DNA of 43,657 bases. It comes from a virus. Its lineage: Duplodnaviria > Caudoviricetes. Shown here piece by piece: positions 36,269 to 43,657 of the stretch (positions within the stretch are counted from its first letter, which is position 1; every line of letters starts with the position of its first letter). Position numbers and translations under genes: made by a program. The stretch is taken from the IMG/VR virus record IMGVR_UViG_3300048861_000128, positions 1 through 43,657 of that record, one strand, 5' to 3'. The notes under the pieces were generated by a model. The model was given only the letters and a program-made list of their open reading frames with translations. It had not been told where the DNA came from and searched no databases.

Positions 36269-36854
36269 CGCGCGCCTCCTCGGCATGGGCAAACGCCCCG
36301 AGGTTGTCGTCGTAGACGCCCCGCAGGTGGATGACGCGCGGCGGCCGCGGCCCGGTGTTCTTCGACGGGATCAGCAGGTAGGCGGCGGCCTTGTGCTGCC
36401 GGCCGGGCTCGACCTCGCGCAGGTAGCCGGCGCGGCAGAGCGCTTCCAGGTACTGCGCCGCGATCTGCGGGCTGACCGTCACGTCTTCGGTGCTGGCGTA
36501 GATGGCCAGCTCGCGCCGATCGACGCGCCGGTGCATCCGGATCGTCCGCCACATCTGGTCGATCAGCAGGCCGCGACGCGAGGGCCGACCACCATCCGTC
36601 AGGCGCGGCGCGATCGGCCCTTCGTCGCGCACCAGGCGCACGGTCAGCGGCTGGCCCCGTCGCACCTGCACCCGCTCGGCGATGCCGGCCTTGACCAGGC
36701 GGCGCAGATACGTCCAGGCCGCCCGGATATCGTCCGCCCGGTCGCTCAGCTCGGCAGTGGTCAGCGTCCCGCGCTCGCGGAGCGCCACCCACATGTCCTG
36801 CTGCGACGGCGCCAGCCGCAACTCCAGGCGGTGAAGCCGGGTGCGGATGGGCAT
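36261..36854 (-). CDS. Conserved Mu-like winged-helix protein downstream of B
   Basis: QMWRTIR, YLEALCRAGYL, NTGPRPP, VYDDN; TGATG coupling to B. Confidence 0.75.
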   Translation of the reverse strand: MPIRTRLHRLELRLAPSQQDMWVALRERGTLTTAELSDRADDIRAAWTYLRRLVKAGIAERVQVRRGQPLTVRLVRDEGPIAPRLTDGGRPSRRGLLIDQMWRTIRMHRRVDRRELAIYASTEDVTVSPQIAAQYLEALCRAGYLREVEPGRQHKAAAYLLIPSKNTGPRPPRVIHLRGVYDDNLGAFAHAEEARGG

Positions 36855-37585
36855 CACACGGCCCTCCGGGCCGGTGCCTGGCCGGTCCATAGCTCGCGGC
36901 CGCCCCACCAGGCCAGATCGACCGAGGCGACCCGCTCGACCTGTGCCGCCTCGCGCACCCTCTCAAGGTTCACGCAAATGCGGCGGATGCGGCCGGCGGA
37001 GACCTCGACGATCCTGGCCAGCAGATCCTCGGCGAATTCCAGCCGGTCGCAGTAGAGCTTGGCGAGATGGGCCGCATCGGAGACCGTGGACGGCTCGGCC
37101 GGCAGCCAATCCAGCACCCGGTTATGCCAGCGCTCATACTGCTTGATCCGGGCCGGCAGCAGCTCCTCGCCGATCACGATGATGGTCGCGCCCGGCACCT
37201 TGTCGTGGATCTCGCGCAGCGTGTCGTGGTAGCCGCGCTTCATGACGTGGTCGAATTCGTCGATCAGGATCGGCCGCGGCGTCACCGCCAGCAGCTCAAT
37301 CGCCTGGTCGACCAGGTCGGACGCCATGCCGTGCGGCTGGCCGCCCAATTCCTGCACCAGCGACGCCAGGAACTTCCTTTTGGTCCAGCTCTCGCCGACC
37401 TCGATGTAGTGCGCTTGATGGATGTGCGCGGCATAGGTGGCGGCAACAGTCTTGCCATAGCCGCTGGGGCCGAACATGACCGCGAAGCCCGGCAGATGGG
37501 TCTTCCGGTGCAGCACCCGTAGCAGCATCTCGCCGAACGCGGCGACGTTGGACAAGGGGGCAGTCGTCTTGACGGTGATGCTCAT
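36854..37585 (-). CDS. Transposition ATPase (MuB-like AAA+)
   Basis: Walker A GPSGYGKT, Walker B ILIDEFD, IGEE; directly downstream of the transposase. Confidence 0.92.
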   Translation of the reverse strand: MSITVKTTAPLSNVAAFGEMLLRVLHRKTHLPGFAVMFGPSGYGKTVAATYAAHIHQAHYIEVGESWTKRKFLASLVQELGGQPHGMASDLVDQAIELLAVTPRPILIDEFDHVMKRGYHDTLREIHDKVPGATIIVIGEELLPARIKQYERWHNRVLDWLPAEPSTVSDAAHLAKLYCDRLEFAEDLLARIVEVSAGRIRRICVNLERVREAAQVERVASVDLAWWGGRELWTGQAPARRAV

Positions 37586-37661
37586 GATTGCGTAGACCTT
37601 TTCTGTTTTGGCAGCTTGTGTTCCCGATGGCCGGCGGCTTCCCTCCGCTGGCCATCGCCGT

Positions 37662-39842
37662 TCAGCGGGCGGCGGCCCGCCCGAAATCGACCTCCATGCG
37701 TCGCCTGATGCTGTATTCCGGGGTGCGGCTGTATCCCTGCAGCCACTCCAGCTCGTCCGGGTCCACGGCCTGGCCGGCCGCGATCGCGTCTTCCAGGGCC
37801 CTGGCCCGCAGGTAGCGCGCACCCTTGATGTCGCGTTCGCTGGCCGGCGTCGGCCGGGTCTGCGCGACCATCCGTTCCGCGACCTCGCGCCGGCGCTGCA
37901 GCTCTTCGGCAGGCACGGTGACCGACGGGATGCCGGCCTGGACCTGGCCGACCTTCGCGGCCTCGGTCAGCGCCGGCGTGCTGTAGGCTTCCGCCGGGCG
38001 CGGCAGGCTGATGATCCGGTTCGCCTGGGCTTCCGCCGCCGCCAGGATGTCCTGGACGACTTCGCCGGTGTTGGCCCGGCGCCGGGTGGCCTTCAGGTCC
38101 TTCCGCGCCTCGGAGATCTGTGCCTTCTGCTTCGCCCGGGCGACCATGGCGACCTCGCGCCGGTCGATGCCCAGCCGCTCGACCGCGGTGGCGATCGCGA
38201 TGAAGGCGCCGCCGGCGGCGAACACGTGGACCTGGCCGAGGTCGCAGGGGTCATGGCGCACGTCGACCGTCTCGCCGATGTGCAGCGCCAGCTCGGCGGC
38301 GACGAACCAGGCGCCGTCGACCTCTATCCCCTTCTTCCGCACCGTGCGGCTACCGGCGACCGGCGCCAGCAGCAGGTCCAGGGCCCGTTCGTCCTGGATG
38401 CGCTGCACTGCGCCAGTCCAGGTCAGGGCCTTGGCGAAGGGCGAGATGCCGCCCAGGCCGTCATGGGCGCGGTGGGCATAGCGGGCCTCGCACCAGCGGT
38501 CGCAGAACTCCTGCAGCTCGGCGGCCGTCATGGCGATGTCGATGGCGGCGTCGGGGTCGCGAAGCCGCTGCCAGAAAGACTTCCGGCTGCGGATCGCCTG
38601 CCGCTCCTCGACGTTGTGGCCGATATAGCCGGGCAGCAGTTCCAGCAGGTCGTGCGAGAACGACTTGAAGAAGCGTTCGATATGCGGCTTGTGTTCGGGG
38701 GTGAAGGGCGGCGCCAAGTCGCGCTCGATCTGCAGCCCGCCCAGCACCCGGTTCATGTAATCGGCGACGTAGTCGGTGCCGTTGTCGGTGCGCAGGATGC
38801 CGGGGACGCCCCACGCCAGGATGGCGCGGCGCAGCGTGCCGGCGACGGCCGCCGACTTCGATGTCGGCGTTACCTGCAACTTGCCGCGGCGCGTCCAGAC
38901 GTCGATGCAGCCGATGATGGTGTGCCGCCCGTCGATCAGCATCAGGTCAGCCGGGGTCGAGTCCATCTCCCACAGGGCGTTAAGACCATCGGCCTGCTCG
39001 GACGTGGACCCGAAGCTGGCGCGGAACTTCGACTTCCAGCTGTCCGGGTTCGTCTCGGCCAGCAGCAGGGCCTTGTTCGTGACCTTCCAGCCGGCGACCC
39101 AGCGGTCCAGGGTGCGCTTGGCCGGCACGCGGTCGGCGCCGAAGCGGGCGGCGATCGCGTCGATAATGATGGCGTTCGAGATCGTCGGCCGGTCGACCAC
39201 CAGGCCGATGACCAGATCCCGCACATCGGGATCCTGGTCGATCTGGCCCGACCCCTGCGGGCGGCCAGCCCGACCGCCCAGCGCGGCCAGGCCGTCCTGG
39301 TCCAGCCGGGCCTGCAGGCGCACCAGGGTCGGCACCGACAGCTTGTGCCGGCGCTCGTAAACGGAGGCTGAAAGGGCGATTTGACGGGCATTGTAGGCGG
39401 CGACAAAGCCCTGCCGCGATTCGCCGGGGCGCAGGCCGGAGATGCGGACGAATTCACGATAGGCGGTGATGATCGCCAGGGCAGCGTCGGCCCGGGCCTC
39501 TTGCCGGTCGGTCATGCCGACCGCTTCCCGCAGGCCCGCCTCGCGGGCGGCTGCACGGTCGCCGGCCGGACGCTTGGCGGGGGCCGGGCCAGCGGCCTTC
39601 AGCGCCTGGCGCGCCGCTGCAGCGGCCTTCGCCGCCTCTCGCAGGGCAAATGCCTGGCGCGCCGCCGGCGGTAGGGCGGAGACGGGGTATTCCCGGCCGC
39701 CGCCGCGGCCCTGCCGCTCACGGAAGTCCCAGCCCTCGCGCCGGGCGCGATCGAGAAGACCCACCTTAGTTCCCGGCAGGTCCGGCAGACCTTCCGCGGC
39801 CCAGCCCTCGGCTGTCTTCCAGGCCTCAGTCACGGGCGACAC
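37662..39842 (-). CDS. Mu-type DDE transposase (MuA-like)
   Basis: N-terminal Mu HTH (GRGGGREY); WEMDST, RTDNG, KPHIER triad; Mu C-terminal domain. Confidence 0.95.
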   Translation of the reverse strand: MSPVTEAWKTAEGWAAEGLPDLPGTKVGLLDRARREGWDFRERQGRGGGREYPVSALPPAARQAFALREAAKAAAAARQALKAAGPAPAKRPAGDRAAAREAGLREAVGMTDRQEARADAALAIITAYREFVRISGLRPGESRQGFVAAYNARQIALSASVYERRHKLSVPTLVRLQARLDQDGLAALGGRAGRPQGSGQIDQDPDVRDLVIGLVVDRPTISNAIIIDAIAARFGADRVPAKRTLDRWVAGWKVTNKALLLAETNPDSWKSKFRASFGSTSEQADGLNALWEMDSTPADLMLIDGRHTIIGCIDVWTRRGKLQVTPTSKSAAVAGTLRRAILAWGVPGILRTDNGTDYVADYMNRVLGGLQIERDLAPPFTPEHKPHIERFFKSFSHDLLELLPGYIGHNVEERQAIRSRKSFWQRLRDPDAAIDIAMTAAELQEFCDRWCEARYAHRAHDGLGGISPFAKALTWTGAVQRIQDERALDLLLAPVAGSRTVRKKGIEVDGAWFVAAELALHIGETVDVRHDPCDLGQVHVFAAGGAFIAIATAVERLGIDRREVAMVARAKQKAQISEARKDLKATRRRANTGEVVQDILAAAEAQANRIISLPRPAEAYSTPALTEAAKVGQVQAGIPSVTVPAEELQRRREVAERMVAQTRPTPASERDIKGARYLRARALEDAIAAGQAVDPDELEWLQGYSRTPEYSIRRRMEVDFGRAAAR

Positions 39843-40296
39843 CCTGGACGGCGCGGCGCCGGGCGAAGTCGATGTCGCGTTTCAGCTTGTCCTGCTGCTC
39901 GCTCAGCATCCCGACGTCGATCCAGGGCAGCCATTTCCGTTCGATGACCACCAGCCCCAACTCCTCAAGGAGCGCGTTTAGGGGCCGCGGATCGCCGGTC
40001 ACCGCCACGAGGGCGATGAACCGCACCGTGTTGACCACATGGGCGTCCATCGACTCCGAGACGTAGGAGTTCAGCATCGCCTCGGTGATCGTCTCGCCCA
40101 GGTAGTCGGACATCCGTTCCGCCACCTTGGCGCGGCTCATGCCGCAGTCCTTCAGGGTCAGTTTCTGGGCCCGGCACAGCCGGGCGGCCAGGGACGCGGC
40201 CCGGATCAGCTCGGCCGCGAAGCGCCGGACCACCTTGGCCGGCTGCCATTCCAGCAGCCCCGGCTGGTCAGGGTCGGGGATGCGGCGCCGGCTCAT
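39826..40296 (-). CDS. Conserved Mu-like DNA-binding hypothetical protein
   Basis: SRAKVAERMSDYLGETITEAMLNSYVS; directly upstream of the transposase. Confidence 0.7.
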   Translation of the reverse strand: MSRRRIPDPDQPGLLEWQPAKVVRRFAAELIRAASLAARLCRAQKLTLKDCGMSRAKVAERMSDYLGETITEAMLNSYVSESMDAHVVNTVRFIALVAVTGDPRPLNALLEELGLVVIERKWLPWIDVGMLSEQQDKLKRDIDFARRRAVQGVARD

Positions 40297-40526
40297 GGCG
40301 CTACGCCCGAGCCGGACAGATTTGTCAGGTCCACGCGGTATCCGACCGCATGAGCCCAGGCGAACAGGACCCGGGCATTCGGATCCGTTTCGCCGCTCTC
40401 CAGCCGGGCGAAATGGCGCTCGGACAGGACCAGCTTGGCCGCCAGCTCGCGCTGCGTCAGCCCGGCCGTCTCGCGGGCCCGGCGCAGTTGGTTCCGCAGC
40501 CGCAGATAGGCCACGCCCCAGCTCAC
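40293..40526 (-). CDS. XRE-family HTH protein
   Basis: LRRARETAGLTQRELAAKL...RLESGETDP. Confidence 0.85.
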   Translation of the reverse strand: MSWGVAYLRLRNQLRRARETAGLTQRELAAKLVLSERHFARLESGETDPNARVLFAWAHAVGYRVDLTNLSGSGVAP

Positions 40527-40765
40527 GCCACTACCCCCGCAGCTCTGCCGTCGATCGGGAAGCCCGCCGGTGGGACGGGATCGGCCCGCAGCCGTTCCAG
40601 CGCGGCCATCGACAGGTCGCGGGCGGGCCGGATCCGGCCGACACGGATGTATGAGATCAGCGTCAACAACGCGTGTGCGTCGTCGACGGTCAGCGCCAGG
40701 CCAGTGAAGCCGCTGGCAATGCTCCGGCGCAGGCCGTCAGAGAGGGCAATGTTCTGGCTGTTCAT
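40523..40765 (-). CDS. Hypothetical protein
   Basis: Coupled to ner by an ATGA overlap. Confidence 0.45.
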   Translation of the reverse strand: MNSQNIALSDGLRRSIASGFTGLALTVDDAHALLTLISYIRVGRIRPARDLSMAALERLRADPVPPAGFPIDGRAAGVVA

Positions 40766-41040
40766 GAAGCGCTCCGTTTTTCACGGTGCGCGGCCGCCGA
40801 CCTGGGGTTAATCTTCCGCTTGGCACGGTCGGCGAGGCGGCGAGGCCAGATCTCCGCGGGGGTCGTCCCCAGGAACCTGGCAATGGCGTCCTCGCCGGCG
40901 TAATGGGCGGTGCCAAGGGCGATCCGGCAGGCCGCGGGCTGCAATCCCGCGTCCAGCGCGATCTGGGTCAGGGTCTTCCCTTTGATGTGGACCCAGGCTC
41001 GGACCAGCGGTCCCGGCGTGTCCTTCGGCATGCTGCGCAT
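40762..41040 (-). CDS. ner: Ner/Nlp-family regulator
   Basis: KGKTLTQIA...GEDAIARFLG..PAEIWPRR; divergent from the repressor. Confidence 0.85.
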   Translation of the reverse strand: MRSMPKDTPGPLVRAWVHIKGKTLTQIALDAGLQPAACRIALGTAHYAGEDAIARFLGTTPAEIWPRRLADRAKRKINPRSAAAHREKRSAS

Positions 41041-41065
41041 CGTGTCTTCTTGTTGGTTGGAAATG

Positions 41066-41088
41066 CCGCCCCTCCCAGGGCGGTTTTT
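41066..41088 (+). terminator. Intrinsic terminator-like hairpin
   Basis: CCGCCC-CTCCCA-GGGCGG followed by TTTTT. Confidence 0.4.
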
Positions 41089-41117
41089 ATCGGCAAATCG
41101 GACTGACGAACGTCATG

Positions 41118-41145
41118 AGAATACCTTATTCGGCATCTTCGGCAA
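41118..41145 (-). promoter_or_regulatory. Candidate early promoter (Pe-like)
   Basis: TTGCCG-N16-TATTCT facing ner. Confidence 0.4.
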
Positions 41146-41276
41146 CTGCGAAAGACGACTTTACGGTTGTTTTCCGCGGAGACTCCGAGCTCAGCAAGGA
41201 ATTAACTGCATTATCAGGCACTTACGGAATCGTAAGCTGCCTGATGCGGCGCCTTCGGAATCTGACGGTTTGATGG

Positions 41277-41777
41277 ATGAGCAGTAAGGCCGTCGGCGAC
41301 CGTCTTCGGACGGCGATGAAGGCGGCAAAGGTGACCGGCGAGATGCTCTCTGAGCAGATCGACCTGTCCCTTTCGGGCATCAGGAAATGGACCAGCGGTC
41401 AAACCGACCCAGGTTTCAGCCACATGGCCAGGGCCGCAGAAGTCCTTGATCTGTCGCTGGATTGGCTGGCTACGGGTGAGGGGCCAATGTGGCGGCGCGA
41501 GCGGCAGGCAGCCGACCAGGCGCTCTACCAGATCAGCGAAGGCATCAGACCAGCGCATATGAACGAAGCGCAGGCCGGATATGGTTGGGATGCCGAGCTG
41601 ATGCGGCAGTGCGTCATAGCGGTGGAGGAGTTGCTGATCGAACTCGACCGCGAGATCGACCCGGCCGGCAAGGCGGACCTGCTCTTTGAGGTCTATGCCG
41701 ACGAGATGAAGCTAAAGCAGAAAGGTCAGATCTCTCCGACAGGGAGAGTTGTCCGCATTATGAGAAAGGTCGGCTGA
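41277..41777 (+). CDS. Prophage repressor, XRE-type HTH without S24 peptidase
   Basis: DRLRTAM...LSEQIDLSLSGIRKWTSGQTDP...SLDWLATGEGPM; divergent from ner. Confidence 0.85.
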   Translation: MSSKAVGDRLRTAMKAAKVTGEMLSEQIDLSLSGIRKWTSGQTDPGFSHMARAAEVLDLSLDWLATGEGPMWRRERQAADQALYQISEGIRPAHMNEAQAGYGWDAELMRQCVIAVEELLIELDREIDPAGKADLLFEVYADEMKLKQKGQISPTGRVVRIMRKVG

Positions 41778-41798
41778 TTGTCAGAAGGGTTTAGTACA

Positions 41799-42170
41799 AT
41801 GCGATTCATCATTGTTGTCGCGAGCATATTATTGCTTTCCGTGAACGCTTTTGCGGGCCAGATTACTGACATGGCGCGGGTCGCCCTAACCGAAGTTGCA
41901 ATACAGTGTTATCCGGGTAGCGACTCCCGCCCTAATACTAATGATCGACGCATCCGTTGCGAGGAAGCGAAGGAACGCTGGCGGCTGTTGCCGGCCGCCG
42001 ACCGGCCGGCCGAGGCGGAGCAATGGATTGCCGATCTCAACGAAGCGCAGGAAGCGACGTTTCTGGCCTTCGCGGCCGCTGCTAAGGGCGGCGAAAAGAA
42101 AATTGATTGGTCTGGCGCGCAGCGTTGGAAAGACGTCATAGGCGCCATCTCCGAAGCCCTGCGGCGTTGA
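41799..42170 (+). CDS. Exported hypothetical protein downstream of the repressor
   Basis: Signal peptide MRFIIVVASILLLSVNAFA; two Cys; lower GC. Confidence 0.65.
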   Translation: MRFIIVVASILLLSVNAFAGQITDMARVALTEVAIQCYPGSDSRPNTNDRRIRCEEAKERWRLLPAADRPAEAEQWIADLNEAQEATFLAFAAAAKGGEKKIDWSGAQRWKDVIGAISEALRR

Positions 42171-42315
42171 CCGCCGGGCACCTGGTTGTTGCCGTTCCGC
42201 CACGCTGACGCGGCCTCGCGGGAACGTTCCCCGATGGATATTGCGCCCCATATTGGAATATAGTTAGCTCAAGCATTGCCTAAAATAATAATAGCGATGC
42301 GGAGCGATACGGGCG

Positions 42316-43023
42316 ATGGACGCTAAAACGATTAAGAACAGGATACGCGGCAAAGTCATTGATAAGTCAGATAAAACCGGGGGGAGCATTGAAGAAACGC
42401 AACGCGACGACTCCAGATCCATCAGGATCGGCGACGTTGGCGGCCACGCCACCATCATAATCGGTGGCGATCACTCAGTTCATCTTTCGTCGTCTCAGAT
42501 TACAGTCTTGCTGTGTGGCAAGCCGGCGCGGCTTGACGGACCGCCCGCGGCCAGGCTCGGGATATGCGACGCCGGCACGCTGGGCGCCGTCCGCAGCATG
42601 GCTGGCCGTCTGCCGAATGGCATTCCCATCATCTTGCTGCCGCATCCGCCCCACGGGACGTCCCGTGAGCCCGCGGCAGGGGAAGATGATGCCGCCGGCG
42701 CCGATTCACAATTCCTGGCGCGCCGCCGATTTTCCCGATTCAGGATTTCTGGCGCGGTTCGCCGCCCTTCCGCCGCCCGCCGCCCTCTCAACCCGAGGCA
42801 GACAGCCGGTCTCGTCCCACTTTGTCCCGGTTCATCCCGCCCAATCCCGCCGAGTCATAATAACTGTCGGGGTACAGCGCAGCCGCGCCATCGACAGCCT
42901 GTGCGCCCGCGAGACGGCCGAAGCCGCGGAGCGCGAGGCCGCCCGCCCGGCCCGCCGCGCCGCCCAGCGCTGGGAGGTGGAGGGCGTCCTGGACAGCATG
43001 GTCTGGGACGAGACCCCGGATGA
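42316..43023 (+). CDS. Possible hypothetical protein at the repressor end (3' extent doubtful)
   Basis: GGAG RBS and AT-rich upstream region; the first ~70 aa look protein-like, the rest crosses the end sites into host DNA. Confidence 0.3.
   Translation: MDAKTIKNRIRGKVIDKSDKTGGSIEETQRDDSRSIRIGDVGGHATIIIGGDHSVHLSSSQITVLLCGKPARLDGPPAARLGICDAGTLGAVRSMAGRLPNGIPIILLPHPPHGTSREPAAGEDDAAGADSQFLARRRFSRFRISGAVRRPSAARRPLNPRQTAGLVPLCPGSSRPIPPSHNNCRGTAQPRHRQPVRPRDGRSRGARGRPPGPPRRPALGGGGRPGQHGLGRDPG
42701..42756 (-). repeat. Two 22-bp transposase-binding sites (L3/L2 equivalents)
   Basis: Reverse complements CGCGCCAGGAATTGTGAATCGG (42701-42722) and CGCGCCAGAAATCCTGAATCGG (42735-42756). Confidence 0.8.
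42850..42871 (-). repeat. Terminal 22-bp transposase-binding site (L1 equivalent)
   Basis: Reverse complement CCCGACAGTTATTATGACTCGG, 5 bp inside the end and 93 bp from the next site, as with the Mu L1-L2 spacer. Confidence 0.72.
42877..42881. repeat. Target-site duplication GCGCA (right copy)
   Basis: Directly follows the terminal CA at 42875-42876. Confidence 0.93.
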
Positions 43024-43474
43024 CGACGACCGCGCCGCGGCCCTGGAAGACGAGCTCCGGCAGCGGATCGAGAATCTGTACGCCGATCCGGCGGCCCGGA
43101 CCGAGGATCGGCCGGCCGGTGCGGTCATGGCCGGCCTGGCCTGCGGCCTGGGGATGAGCCGGGAGTGGGGTTCCTGGGCCCGCTGGTGGCCGGCGACGCC
43201 GCGCCCAGCCCGACCGTCCGGCACGGCGGCCGAGATCGAGGCCGAGCGGAACCGGCGCCGGGACCGGGTCGTCGCCGCGATGGAACAAACCTTCGCCGAG
43301 ATCCGCGATCCCGCCCGGATCGAGGGGTTGCGGGCCGGGCTGGCCCTCCGGCTAACGGAGGCCGATGCGATCGGCTGGCTCGACACCGAGACCACGCATG
43401 TCGCCGCCTTGCGGCTGTGCCGGTCCCTCGGCGTCGACCCCGAACTCTGCTCCGCCGAGCTCGACACGGGTTGA
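42881..43474 (+). pseudogene. 3' part of the interrupted host hypothetical gene
   Basis: In-frame continuation of 2..263; ends with TGA at 43472-43474. Confidence 0.85.
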
Positions 43475-43495
43475 CCAAATACTCAGCTTGGCGGC

Positions 43496-43657
43496 TTACG
43501 CCGCCTTGGCCTTGCGGATCTGATGCGTATCGAAGGTCAGCCGGTCGCGCCGGATCTTGCCGTCGCGGATGGTGAGATGCTTGGCGCAGGTCAGGGTGCC
43601 GGCGGACCGGGTGGCGAGGTCGTACATCAGCAGGGCCTGCTCATTGTCGCCGAAGGC
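43496..43657 (-). CDS. C-terminal part of a host SnoaL/NTF2-like protein (partial)
   Basis: Own translation AFGDNEQALLMYDLATRSAGTLTCAKHLTIRDGKIRRDRLTFDT...; the TIRDGKI motif is typical of the SnoaL fold; TAA at 43496-43498. Confidence 0.65.
   Translation of the reverse strand, partial: AFGDNEQALLMYDLATRSAGTLTCAKHLTIRDGKIRRDRLTFDTHQIRKAKAA

Larger units (their letters stand above)
264..42876 (-). mobile_element. Complete Mu-like transposable prophage (siphovirus-type tail)
   Basis: TGTA at 264 and TACA ending at 42876; 5-bp duplication GCGCA on both sides; DDE transposase, AAA ATPase, ner, Mor and Mu-type head genes in Mu order. Confidence 0.96.

Noticed and set aside
444-40811. Many long plus-strand ORFs (e.g. 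6145..8418, 13435..15513, 16148..18025, 22023..23957, 30095..32026, 37608..39371)
   Set aside because: They are antisense shadows of clear minus-strand genes in high-GC DNA, Arg/Pro/Gly-rich and without motifs.
42220-42231. 12-bp palindrome GGGAACGTTCCC
   Set aside because: Single occurrence with no second copy noticed; cannot be distinguished from chance.
42464-43474. 336-aa ORF as a single real gene
   Set aside because: It is a chimera of phage end sites and the host gene's 3' half, with no convincing RBS.
1-43657. CRISPR array, tRNA or rRNA
   Set aside because: No regularly spaced repeats with unique spacers and no cloverleaf or rRNA-like sequence were recognised; a covariance search was not possible.

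Overview
The window holds one apparently complete Mu-like (transposable) prophage of 42,613 bp (264..42876, TGTA...TACA). It is flanked by a 5-bp target-site duplication GCGCA (259-263 and 42877-42881) and inserted into a host hypothetical gene whose reading frame rejoins when the phage is removed. The DNA is high-GC, and the host looks alphaproteobacterial (inferred from gene families and motifs). Most phage genes are on the minus strand, running from the repressor end (right) through ner, transposase A, ATPase B, an accessory early region (DUF3164, LexA-like HTH, DUF2786, GemA, DUF1643), Mor-type activator, lysis genes, terminase, portal, MuF, head genes and a non-contractile lambda-like tail to an SGNH-domain tailspike. 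No sheath, invertase or mom gene was seen. The most interesting signals are non-coding: (1) MuF carries a C-terminal PBECR-type nuclease-like domain with no immunity ORF, but a near-consensus antisense promoter points into a foldable ~90-nt RNA overlapping its 3' end; (2) all five 22-bp end sites contain a GANTC (CcrM-type) site, and CtrA-type boxes also occur; (3) two late promoters share a 16-bp motif exactly 32 nt before their start codons; (4) an in-frame amber codon splits a tandem winged-helix gene; (5) a -1 frameshift site lies in the tail chaperone. Family assignments come from motif recognition and synteny, not database searches.
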